Positions 20,975 to 32,851 of a stretch of DNA of 33,102 nucleotides are shown piece by piece. The notes under the pieces are model-generated. The model had not been told where the DNA came from and searched no databases. It saw only the letters and a list, made by a program, of their open reading frames with translations. The translations under genes and the position numbers were made by a program. The stretch is from Licmophora abbreviata (Eukaryota). The stretch's first letter is position 1. Each line of letters starts with the position of its first letter. The stretch spans positions 1 to 33,102 of the forward strand of contig OLMU01000535.1 in the NCBI GenBank assembly GCA_900291995.1, written 5' to 3'.

Positions 20975-23900
20975 TCATCTATCGGTAAGTAGCTTTGTTG
21001 TTTCTCCGCCAGTCAAAAAATAGTCTGCTTTCTGCTCGGTCCCAGTAATGAAGAGCGAATGGTCTTGCGATTTGTACTTCTTCCACGCTGGAAGGGCATC
21101 TAGAATCAAAGAGAATTTCATACCGTATCCCGGATCACTCGTCAGAAGCTTCAAAAGATTCACACTGTGAACTTTGGCAGACGCGGGGTCTCTCACTTGC
21201 CCTAAGGTTGGGTTCTCCAAGACGTCGTTCAGCAAGAACTGCGGTAGTTCGCAATGGAGAGCGGCTTCCAGCAAAGCGACACGGCCATTTGCGGACCCAG
21301 GAGCTCCTAATGTCGACATGGTCTGCTGTTCAGCGACTTGCTTGGGATCTGGTGCAGATCGTGCATCAATTCCTGCGCCTTCAATTGCCACTGGACCGTA
21401 CGAGTGCGGAGTAGAGGGCGCCGGGGCAGGCGACGCAGTAGGCGGTATAGGTCCTGGAGCCATCAGTTGAGTATGCGGCTGATTTTCAACGGTCTGGGAA
21501 GCAACCTGTGGCGGTACAGCGCTGATGTACGCTGGTTGCTGCCCGGTGAAAGGTGGCAAGGACGCCTGTGGTGGCATACCAAAACCGACTTGAGCCGGTT
21601 TATGTTGGCTGAACTGTGGAATCTGGTGTTGTTGAACGGATCCAACCGGTTCCCCGTGGAGCAGAGAAGGAGGCGCTGGTGGAAGGTACTGAGGCATCGC
21701 GGGACTCACATTCGGGGTTGGTACTCCGTAGACAGGCTGTTGCGTATATTCCTGCAACGGCTGGCCCGCTGCTCTATACGGGGCTGGGACCAGAGTGGGC
21801 TGCATATTGGAAGACGAAGGGGAGTGCATTTGAGCGGTCGATGTCTCGACAATCTGCTGTTGGGCATACTGTTGCCTTGATTCGGGATGGGAGGGTCGCC
21901 GGCGCAGGGGCCGCAGCCGCACCGGTCTGAAACTGGTGCTGGAACGCTTGGAACTGAGTCGAACTGAACGCCGTGGTCGACATCGCTTGGCGAGAGGCGC
22001 TCGCTGGGTCTAAGGACCTCGGGTGCTGACAGGATTGCGACGGAATCAATGCTGCTTGCCGTGGTATAAACGATTCCTCACGCGCATATGCCACAGAGGT
22101 AGGTTGGGGCATCTGTACACTTGGCGTTGGAACGGGCGAACGCCCATGTGGCGTTGAAAAGTGCTGACTCGCTTGATGGGGCGGCATCGTCCGTATAGGT
22201 GTACTATGATGGCCGGACAAGCCTGGAGATGGAACACTGCGTGAAGACTGGTGACCATGCGAATGAGCTGCTGGCACTTGGCTGATAGAACTGACCCCAT
22301 GGTTGGCGGGGGTCGCATGAGTCGCCGGCATAACCCCCCCAGCATTCGTCGCAGAAACTGGCTCAGGGCACGACATGAACGCAAGTGGATTGTCCAGAGG
22401 GTTATCGAACGTGACTTTTTCGCGCTTCTTTCGCACGGGATCGATTCCGGGGGCCGGTGACGGTGCCGTGGCGTAGAACGCAGCACTATCCACCACTGGC
22501 TCGTTCGTTTGGGCCGGCACCGTCTCCCTCTGTCCATTGTGTTCATTCTTCCCGGGGGTATTCATCGGCACTCTATTCCTAACCGTTTTGTCCTGTGCAT
22601 TCTGGAACGAGGTGCTCTTCACATCACCCAAAGCTTTCGTAAATACCTTCTTGAGAAGTTCAATCATAACAGATGTGTCACGATGGAGTGTCTCTGCCCC
22701 TACGGCCTTCATGACAGAATCTACGATCCCTTCCCTACCACCGGTATCTCCACAAAGAGCAAGAGCTTCCACGTTGTTCATACGGTTTGCCGCAACGTGC
22801 AATACACGCACAATGGATGTAAGCGGAGATCCGGCGAGTCCACTTGCAAGGACTTGATGTAAAAGTACAATTATCCGAGCCAGGTATCCCCACTGAGCAA
22901 GTTTATCACAGACAGAGTCGCCAACCTTGCAAAGGTAAACTATGGCACTTGTGATCGTCTCGAGCGAATCCTCCTTCCCTACGACGAGAGCTCCGGTGCT
23001 TGATGTAGGTGTTGGGGAGTCTCGGGCTTTGACGACAGACGACAATTTGGTCTCTAATTCCGCCGTCCACCGCAGCAGCAATTTTGCAAGAAAGTCAGTT
23101 GGATTTCGAAGATGGAATGTAGGTTCCTTCAAGAACAGCCTAACATACACACCGCCGATATAGTGCTCTCCTTCGAGAGCTTGGTATTTCGCTCCAGATC
23201 CTGCCGGCAAAGAGAAATCGTCGAGGACCGTGTCGCCACAACGAGACTCAAGAACGTCATCCAGAATAGTCGCGATGGATGACCGTAGTTCCGTACGCAT
23301 ATTGGCAGACCAGACCAGTTCCGGATTCTCGCAATCTCCGTCGAAAACATTGATCATTTCCTCCGCTCCTTTTTCCTTCAAAACTATGATGAGTGACCTG
23401 GGTAGGAACCGTTCTAGTAGAGGGCCTGTGCACGGGTGGCGAATACAACACTGCATCAGGGAAAAGACTTGCGAGCCTCATTGTCTAAGATGTGCACACT
23501 TACCGATGAAAGGTCCGGTGACCGAGTCCCACAGAAGTCGCGCAAGCGTCTTCGCTGCGCCGTGCCTGGAATCCAGCGATTTGGTAAATTTCGAATATCC
23601 AGCTATGATCCCGAGCAGCTCCAGCCACACTGTGGTCTGAACAAGTTGAGTCGCAATGGTAGAAGACGAGCAGAGTGAGTCGAGAAGAGACCAGCTTCGC
23701 TGGCGCCGAATGGCTTCGTCTTTAAGTTTCTCGGCGCTGTCACTTCCGATTCCGACGGGCCTTTCGAGCACAGACATTAGCCGCCACAGAACGCGCTGCT
23801 GCGCAACAGCATCCGCGAAGGCTTCTTTGGGGCTCACTACCGTGAGAATGTCGCGACATGTGTCCGATGACTACCAAGAATACATAGTAGCAAACGTTGG

Positions 23901-26900
23901 GTGAGTAAATAACCATGCTGCAAAATCATTTAGCAATAAAGTTATACTCACCTCGGTTCCCTCCGGTATTTCTAAAAGGCCGAGGAGGACAGACGGAACC
24001 CCGTTCGATGGCTCGAAAAGAATGTCGTCGATTAGACCATCACTACTAGCGAGGATCTGCAAAGCCCGAACAGCCATATGGAAAAGCCCATCCTGAATCG
24101 AGACTGGCAGGTGTTCGTCGAGCATATCCTCAAATGGGATCGTGACTTCTACCCAGGGTTCGAGCAAATCGGCGCTATGGTTCAAGCATTTCGCAACATA
24201 TCCGATAATCTGGATAGCAAACGCAGACGGGTCTGGAATGTCGGTGAGGCTCTCACGGCCATTTCCCGAACTATTGAACACCCGCAAGTAAACACCACCA
24301 ATAACTGCTTCCTCTTTCAAAGAGGCAAACTCGAAAGATGCAAACGCTGGCTCAAGTTCGTCCTCAACAGAATTGCAGTAATCCTCGAGTCGCTCTGCTT
24401 CAATCTTCAGCACAAAAGATCTCAATTCTTCTTTCATTCCTTTATTCCAGATTCGGGTGGGCGTCTCGACATTTGCATTCAGCGTGCTTAGTAGCTCGCC
24501 GGATCGCCGATTGCGCAGCATTCTCGCGACAGGAGGTGTTAGAAGTTTCTCCAAAGCACCAAACAGCAATTGGTTCGAAGGCGTCGAAAGAGCTAGATCC
24601 CTCATGACACCAGAGAGCATCCCTAGCCCCCTTGCCGCGAGCCTTGCTTGCACATTGCTAGCAGCTTGCGACAGTCCCATGTCGTCGTGATCATCGCCTC
24701 TACCTAAAGCGCTATCTAGGGTCGGATCAAATCCCAGGAGATACTGAATCAGCGGCCAAGCTATTCCAGATCCAATCATAAGATTCTGAAGATAAGGGCT
24801 CCTCGACATATTAGAGAGTCCCTCAAGAGAATGCTTCTTCACCGACACGACGGAATCCACTTCATAGGCAGTACCTCGAAATGCTCCTGCAACGCACCGC
24901 CGCCAGTTGATGCAAAACCTGGCCGGATTTCGAAGGGAGAGAACCGCTTGTCGCCCACTTTCGTAGAACATTACGCCAGCTATTGTCTGGACAATATGCG
25001 CAATAATTCTTAGGGTTGTCGTTTTGCCGGTCATTGCACCTGCTTTGCGAGGAGGAACTTGATCAGAAAGAAGGCCGGCAATACACACGTAGACATTTAA
25101 AAGCTCGTCAAGGACTGGTAAGCCTCCTTCGTTGATGAGCTCCTCAGCGTTCAAGGGCGACACCAGACACGTCTGAAAGACCAAATCAACCGCTGTCTCC
25201 ACGAAGGCGGCTCTTGTACTCTTGGCAAGACAATACTGCTCGAGCAACGACGGTTGGGGGCTCATTGAAAGCTTAACACACGACTGAGGGACTTGCAGAC
25301 AAGCCAATAGCAAAGAGTAGTTTGGGTACTTGTACTTGCGCATTTCATCTGGGCAACGCTTGCAGATAAGCAGTTGAGCCTTGATCAGCAAGTGCACAGT
25401 CTGCATGCGGTGCGCGCCGCCAGGTAACCCTTCTGCCGCATTGTCAGCCTCTGAGACCGATGGGGGGCCTTCAACCGAGTCAGAAGACCCCGGGATTGCG
25501 CGAATAGTGCCTCCACTCTCAACGACCGGAAGAAGTAACTCATAGGCCGACTGGATAGCCTCGAACATGTCGCGCCCAGCAGGATTCTATGTTTGAAAGA
25601 GAGATGAGATGAAAAGACCTAAGAAGAGCGATCTCCGACCCGATTCGTCGTTCAATGTGATTTCGCAAAGTAAGACTTACCTTGTCCGGATGAAACTGTC
25701 TCGCCAGACCCCGGTACGCCTTGCGAAGCTCTTTCCCCCCGTCTCCAACTTCAAGATGTAACACCTTCCGAGCCTCTTCTTGTGCGTCGTCTTCCCTTAA
25801 ATCATCCCTTTCCATTTCGAGTTTCCACTGATCAAGACAAGCTCGAAACACCTCAGCGGGCTCGGCGATGGGCCAGTCCGGAAAACGAGTTTCGTCGCAA
25901 AGGTTATTGAGGTAGTAGTTGTGGCAGAATAATTCTTTCTCAAGACGCCTGTATGAAATACCAGGGATCGGGCAGTACTCGTACGTTGCAGTAGTGTGCT
26001 GTGAAAGGCGTCTTGGAAAATCTCCGAGGTGCTGCCGTACCATTTCAATCAAGTGCGCTCTCATTTCGCGGTTGTTCCAGATCACCTCTGGAGTATCGAA
26101 GTTTCCGACAAACACCTCCTCGAATCGCTCGGGACCGTAATTGATCAGGACCAGCAGCAAACCTTCCGGAAGCATGTTTCCGAGAATGCTCCGATTCTTT
26201 ATTGATATTTCGGAGGAGTCGGCAGCAGCAGAGAAACCGGATCGAAAGTGTTGTTGTGCATGAGTAGCATGCAGGAGTTTCGCCAATGAGCGGATATTGC
26301 TACCGGCGTAGCAACAGCAAAAAAAGAAGACGCCCGTTAAGTAGAACTTCGACACAGCTTCGTCGTTGTGAAGCATGAGCCTCAGCAATAAGTTCGCGGC
26401 CGCTTCGATAACGCGATGATCGCTTGACAGAATCGCTTGGCAAATAACCGGAAGGCAGTCTCGCTGATCGATTGTCGGATTGACTCCGTCCATAACACCC
26501 CGCGGGTGGTCGTGGCTAAGACCACACAATAAACGCTTAGCGATGGGGACCGGAAAGTACGGAACACCGCGCGAGTCCAAGCTTCTGTGAAGGTCGACTA
26601 GTCTCGTCAAAGAACGTAGAGCAAGAAGTGCGACATCAGGGGGCTCGTAAATCCCGATTTTGTCACCATCGGTGCAAAGCTGCCACCGTAGCTGCCAGTC
26701 CTGCTGAAGTCTGCGCCACTTCCCAGTGTCGATTTGGGCTTCATTGATATCAGTCACAGCACCTGACTCATCTGTACCGTAATCTTCCACGTGCGATGCC
26801 GTGACCTGATCATACTCACTAAGTGTGCCGGTCTTGATCATCTCCGTGAGATCCGACACGTGAAATGGACCCCGCACGGTTTCAGGAGGTGGAGGTACAC

Positions 26901-29900
26901 GCCCAATTGACGCAACATACCAGACCGCGGGAAAGCCACATCGCTTCGTCCTTTGTTTCGATCGTGGGGTTGTTGATGGACATCTTGCACTTCTCTCATT
27001 GAACCGTCTGTAATCTTGAGTCGCGACGTATCCGATGAATTCAACAATTCAGTCAACAAGTTACCAGCTTGGTCAGAGCTGGTATGCACCCACGCAACGC
27101 ACTGGCAGAACAGCCCAATACTTTCCATATTCAGTAGCTGCTCCGCATTCTCGGGAATGTCTATCTTTTCGCGATGGACGTCCGTCGAAACTCCCAAGAC
27201 GATAGCAAGAAGACCCAAAATACGATGCTGCGTTTCAATACTCTTGGTCGATGCCAAGGAGCGAACCAGAATCATGGTATCCGAAAAAGGGCCAATGTCT
27301 CTTGCATGAATTGCGTACAGTCTCCCCAAGCATCGCACACACATATTCGTGACCTGCACGCAACAGTGGCAAAAGTCGTAAGCACTAATCGAGTTTTGAA
27401 AGGACAAAAGTGGCACAGAGTCCTCTTACCACAGGGTTCCGATCTAATTCACAGAGAAAGCGTCGGAACAAGAGCTCGAATAAACGATGCGGTTCTTCCC
27501 AACTCTTGATAAAGCCATCGCCCGCCTGCAGCCAAAGCCGCATGTACACAGTCCCCACTTTCACCTCGCTTTCCAACGAAGGATATTCAACTGCGAACTG
27601 TTGATGATTCCATGCCATATTCTCCATTCCACCGCGAGTCTCTGTCATTCGACGGATTGAGTTGATCTCGTTTTCCAGGGCGATCCGAAGCTCCTGTCTT
27701 GTCTGCTGGTTCCAAATTAGATCAGCAAGAGCATGATCTTTTGTCAGCACATGAAAAAAGATGCGGAAGTTCTCGGGTTTTGCATGAGCGGGGTCTAACG
27801 ATGCCGTTTCTCGGGCAAGTTGAATTCGAGCCCTAAGACGACTCGTATTGGTGCCCGCACCCCCTGTCGCAGAGCTCTGTTTTTCGGAAGATGTGGTCAC
27901 CGACTGCTCAGAAGTGTCACCATCTGCAGAAAAATGGCTCTTGCTTCGAAACGAATCACTTTCGAGATCATCGAGCTGATCTTCCTCCATTCGACTTAGA
28001 ATCGGCATACTCAGAAAGGGCAAAAAGCCGCTTGGCACTATTCTCTTCAGAAGCCGTTTTTCGTCGCACTGCATCGGTCCAGACAACCAGAGACTACAAA
28101 GATATCGACTCAAGAATCGTTGTCCTTCTAAAGGACTGAAGACAGCTGCATGAAAATGTCGGAGCAGAATTCCAGATGTCAAGGCAGCCTCTCGAATAGC
28201 TGTGGATGTTGCTGGCGAATGACTGGATAGAAGATGAAGAAGAAGTGCGGTGTTCTCAATTACAAATGGTGTTTCCGATCGAAGAGCGGACAGGAGAGCA
28301 CGGTACCTGACGTCGGTGGATATGTGCGAAAAGATTGAAGTTAGAGCCAGGCAAGTCCAAGATAATGTGTCACACGATAAAACCGAATCTTACCCGCTGG
28401 CCAATGCATCAATGAACACAGAGAAATGCTCAGGGACAGTTGTATCGTGGTTCGAACAGAGAATACTCTGAAGAATATCACTCGACACCATGAGAATCAG
28501 ATCCGAAACCAGTCGTTGTCCGTCGGCTTGAGTAGCGCCCGCATTCAGCATGGCAGAGACGAGTCCATCCACCATTGGCTGTCCTCCGGTCTTCAGTATA
28601 ACACTCTTGTTGATGAATTCAGCCTCCATGTTGCGTTCTTTTGACCTCGAGACGAGTACGGAGAGAACCCTTACAGACCAAAACTTGCAAAAAGCATCCC
28701 TGACACTCCACAAAACGCCAATCGAGTCCTGCATGGTGGAAAGTTCGGAGGATCCTTTATATCCTGATGGAGTCTGCGACAAGCGATACAAAGTCTGCAA
28801 CAGCGGACATGCCACCGATTCAGCTCGATGCCAATCACGACTGCTGCTCACTCCTTCCGAGCCCCTGCGTTCCAAAAGCTTCGATACGATACCCCAAAGT
28901 GCACCTATGCACCCAAGGATATTCTTGTCGTTTAATCCAGTGGGTAGACCTTCGCCGTTCGGCGGGACACTCGCGTTCAATTCACGGCACACTTCCACCA
29001 CGGGATGAGTCTCGTCGACCAAGTCAATTGCCGCAGTCTCGTCTAATGAGGATTCGCGACCCAAAGACAAACCCGCGTAGGCAGCCGTCGACACCGAATG
29101 TGCTCGCTTGAGACAATATACCGGCACCGAAATGGGTTGAAACATACCACCGACACCAGCTGCGGTTGTCATTGAGTCTGCATCATTCGACAAAGACAAC
29201 AGACTGTATCCAGCGATCGTCACGTCCGATACGTGGACCTTGGCATTGCCAGTCAGGCTAGAAGCCGCATCTAGCAGAGAAACAAGTAGAGCATCCCGAT
29301 TCGAAGATGCATATGTCCGTTGAGCTCCCGTCTTATATTCGAGTGTGATGACATCCGAGTCAGGAGGGCGAACTAGCGAATGCAGATCCTGCAGTGACCG
29401 ACACGATACAACTCCACCGGCGTCCATTTCAATAAGCCATCCTTTTCCCGTCAAAGCCAGTCGTCGTGGTACTGTCCCACCTAGCCATCCCTTTTCATTC
29501 CCAACTAGGGATGCATCGTGTCGTTTCGTCTTCTTTGTGACATCCCATATCGTGACAATCGTTCCAGCTAATTTTCCAAGCGACCGCCGTCGCTCCATCC
29601 ATGACGCCAAACTGCAGCTCTCGCTCACTTTCAGTTCCATGCCAAGAGTCTCGTACTGTTCCCGCATAGCTGTGAGCAGGTCGCTTCTTCCGTTTCCGTG
29701 TCGTCGACTCGACTGGATATAAAAGAGCCTCGACTTGCTGTCATTTGTTGAGAAATGCAAGACGATACCTGTAGAGTCGTCGGCCGTAAAGGAGACAGCG
29801 CCGATGTCGACATAGCGATACGTCTGAAGCGTTGCACTTGTCACGGGGTGAATTTCGATAACACCATGAGGGGCGACTTGCAGAGACATGTCGATCCGTG

Positions 29901-30804
29901 TTCCGTGACGCGTCTGACGAGAGCACTGGCGAAATGTTGGATACTCAAGTTGTTGCTGTTGACGAAGATCGGCGTTGTGTTTGCATTGGAGAAGAGCTGT
30001 CAAGACGCGGTCACGCGACACATTGTGACATTTGAATTTGAGTTTGTCTGCATTGACCTGTAGTAGAATAGCATCCTTCTCTTTGGGAATAGAAAGCCAG
30101 TCCATCAAGGTCGCATACGACCACGTATTGGTTATCTCGTTCGTATCAGGGTCGACTGTGACAAAGTTGTCTTCATAGAGACGCAGCAAACGAACGTATC
30201 CCGTTCTCCAGCTCCTCAGTTTGGTCACTTGAAATTGATAGAGCGGAGAGGACAAACTTGCAGAAGCTCCTTCATATTTCTTGGCCATGGCTGGAGTCGG
30301 GGTGAACCCGACGTTCGGCTTGTCGTCATCTGCCTCGCTTGGTCCATGCGGCGACATGAGTCGCTTGCTCAAATTCTGAAGAGATTTCTTGAGTTTATGA
30401 GTCGACAATGGATCAGGGGTTGCAATTGGGTTCCGCATATTTGTATTTGGCGGTTGAAACTGAGAGGGAGTGGCTGCCTGTTGTGAGGTCATTTGAGGCA
30501 ATTGGGCGGCAGGTTTAGCCGGACTGTACCCTTCCGGTACCGTTAGATGCTGACCCGCGTTCTCAGGGCTCTGTAATGGAAGAGGAGAGCTCAAAGTCTG
30601 AGAGGAGTGTGCGCTCTGACCGTGAATTGGAGCCTGGTGAGTCCCAAGGGACTGTTGCAGCCCTTGCTGATTCATTGGATGCCATTGCACGTTCGCCAAA
30701 TCGGGATTCGGAACCGGCTTTTGGCCAGCCGCAGTTTCGACTGGGGATCCCACAGCACTACTGGTCCTTCCTTCATACCAAGGCTGCTGTTGTTCGTTGC
30801 TCAT
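20975..30804 (-). CDS. DNAJC13: RME-8/DNAJC13/GRV2 endosomal J-domain protein, ~3,100 aa. Exons 30804-28394, 28306-27430, 27353-25681, 25586-23952, 23870-23504, 23425-20975. Two unexplained frame breaks near 26930 and 21880
   Basis: N-terminal VTKLRSWRTGYVRLL; four IWN-type repeats (LIWNQQTR, VIWNNREMR, RIWNKGMK, LVWSANMR); GYF_2-like VWY...RGPFHVSDL; J domain YRGLARQFHPDK|NPAGRDMF; C-terminal WKKYKSQDHSLFIT. Five GT-AG introns of 76-94 nt join in frame. Confidence 0.92.
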
Positions 30805-30875
30805 ACTCGAAAAAGTCAATGCGCACAGCAAGCGAACGACAAAATGCCATGGGTTATACCGGTGCTGAAAGACTC

Positions 30876-30905
30876 ACTCAACTCGACTTGACTCAACTCG
30901 ACTTG
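30876..30905 (+). repeat. 15-bp direct repeat (ACTCAACTCGACTTG)x2 upstream of RME-8
   Basis: Read directly at 30876-30890 and 30891-30905. Confidence 0.85.
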
Positions 30906-31417
30906 CAACTTCAAAACTTGTTGGTACTTCTTGCGCGCGCTTTCAAAGGTGATCATCTCGCGGGCGTGAGAGATGTGCGAGATGTGAGCGCGAAAGCGAG
31001 TCGAGTGAGTCGCGCACTATATTTCGCTGACATTCTTCCAAGAACCAACGCATGGCTCATGACTATCTTTGAGTCGAACGAGTCGAATTCGGTTGGATCG
31101 AATGGATACGACGGTATGAATATGCAATGGTTGCAATCTTTTGACCTAAACCCTGATACATATTATGATCTTGATAGCTTCACCCAAACGCCGACTCGCG
31201 GCTTCATACGGATAAGATACCACGGTACTGTACTCTCGATCATATCTCATCAATATCGAACGGACGCACTGCTTAGAGAAGATGAGCTACCTGGTATCGT
31301 TTAATAGTACTCGTCAGCTGTCGCACAATACGAAAGCTTGAAGCCGATATCACATTCAATATTGTAGCAAGAAAAAATGTTTTGTTTACACTTCTTTCGT
31401 CAAGACACTAAATCAGA

Positions 31418-32851
31418 TTAAATGCTAAACGAGAGCATCGTCTCTCCTCCCGACTGCATTTCTCTTGCGATCGAGTCGGTATCTTCGTCGAGGACAGTCA
31501 TTTCCACGCTTGAAAATGCATACCAACGCGAGTCGTCGCTATCATCTTTTGCTTCCAAGAGGCATTCACCCAAATCGATCTCTAGAAAGTGACAATTGCT
31601 CTCTGGATCAAGGCTTCGTTTTATTTTTGAAGCTGTTTTGGCGGATCCTGATTCATCGGTGCGGTCCTCCTTGAGAAGGTCGTGAGGTCCCAAGCGTTCT
31701 TTGGTAGACGCGCGTCGGTAGCGACGACGCTGCTTGTCGGTCCATTCACTAGGATCTGGTCGGGATTCATTTGGCTGTATAAAGAACTGGCAGCCTCCAA
31801 GGTCCACGAGGCCGCCGAGAAGTGCGTTCACCGGAGCGTTGTCGTCGTCCAGTTCCTCGGGATGAATCATGGCCTGTTCCAACCGGTGGCGTTCCACGAC
31901 CGACAAAGGCTCTATCACGTTGTTCCATGTCCAGCGTTCATGCACCCCGTGGCGCAAAGGTGGTCGAGACAAGGGCGGTTCAGACTCCACCGGTTGCTTT
32001 TGGCGCTTGCCTGTGGCAGCGTCGGCATCTGCTGCCAAGGAGGCTTTGCGTTTCCGGTCTAAAGCATTCATGACTTGGCTACCAGATAGCACCGCGTGTG
32101 TTGCACGTATCTCTTCTGCCTCTTGAGACTGAGCTTGTTCCGTGGTCAGCAACGTCTTTGGAACCAGTTCAATCTCAGGTTTGGCTCTGACCTTGCGAGG
32201 TCGACCACGCAAAGTCTCCGTATGCATTCGTTTCGTGTTCTCTCGCGCCGCTTCCTCGATGACAGTCCACTCGTAAGGCCACTGTGTCTCACCTCGATTG
32301 CCCATCCCATCCAGAGCTTTGATGAAGTCTTGTATTGGCGGTCGAGCAGTGGGCAAGACCTCGAAATGATGACTCTCCCCCAATCGTCGCAGTTTCGCCA
32401 ATGGCAAGTTGGCGTCCATGGTTGGTAAAGTATTAGCGACGACGGGAGGTTCTTCTACATCAGATGCCTCTTCACCAGAGCGTTCGAAAGTTTCAATCTC
32501 CGCTTGAGTGACAGTAGACCTCCTAGACGTCGTACCGGTAGATCTGGTCGGTAGTGCTTGGTCGTCCGCCATCCAGAATCGACCATCACCCATCACCTCC
32601 TGCACCCAGCCGGCGACTTGATTCTGCCCGGCCGCGTGCAATCGCTGTATCCACGCATTTGCAACCTTTTCACATAAATCGTGGCAGGCATGTATGTCCC
32701 CATGAGTCACAGTCAATCTCGCCACTTCCCCCGCCGACGTCTCCTCCAAGCGACAGCGCTTCGCGAGCACTTGAAGAGTCGCTTCTTGAAAGACGGAACG
32801 AATCCACGTCGAAATCATAGCCCTTGCGCAGTCCTGGGCGTCCTGAAACAT
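31418..32851 (-). CDS. Hypothetical protein, 477 aa, possibly nuclear; 5' end uncertain
   Basis: Long ORF with protein-like composition and basic clusters (RGRPRK, DRKRK, KRQK, KQRRRYRR). No family recognised. Possible splice acceptors near the ATG suggest an upstream exon may exist. Confidence 0.7.
   Translation of the reverse strand: MFQDAQDCARAMISTWIRSVFQEATLQVLAKRCRLEETSAGEVARLTVTHGDIHACHDLCEKVANAWIQRLHAAGQNQVAGWVQEVMGDGRFWMADDQALPTRSTGTTSRRSTVTQAEIETFERSGEEASDVEEPPVVANTLPTMDANLPLAKLRRLGESHHFEVLPTARPPIQDFIKALDGMGNRGETQWPYEWTVIEEAARENTKRMHTETLRGRPRKVRAKPEIELVPKTLLTTEQAQSQEAEEIRATHAVLSGSQVMNALDRKRKASLAADADAATGKRQKQPVESEPPLSRPPLRHGVHERWTWNNVIEPLSVVERHRLEQAMIHPEELDDDNAPVNALLGGLVDLGGCQFFIQPNESRPDPSEWTDKQRRRYRRASTKERLGPHDLLKEDRTDESGSAKTASKIKRSLDPESNCHFLEIDLGECLLEAKDDSDDSRWYAFSSVEMTVLDEDTDSIAREMQSGGETMLSFSI

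Noticed and set aside
20975..28182. Treating the separate minus-strand ORFs in this interval as independent genes
   Set aside because: They join through canonical introns and follow the RME-8 domain order.
5275..30804. Co-occurrence of GBA-like, C19orf12-like and DNAJC13 genes, all linked to human neurodegeneration
   Set aside because: The genes are interspersed with unrelated ones and there is no sign of a functional cluster; probably coincidence.
30576..31304. 242-aa plus-strand ORF
   Set aside because: Overlaps the RME-8 5' end and its repeat-rich promoter on the opposite strand; no domain recognised.
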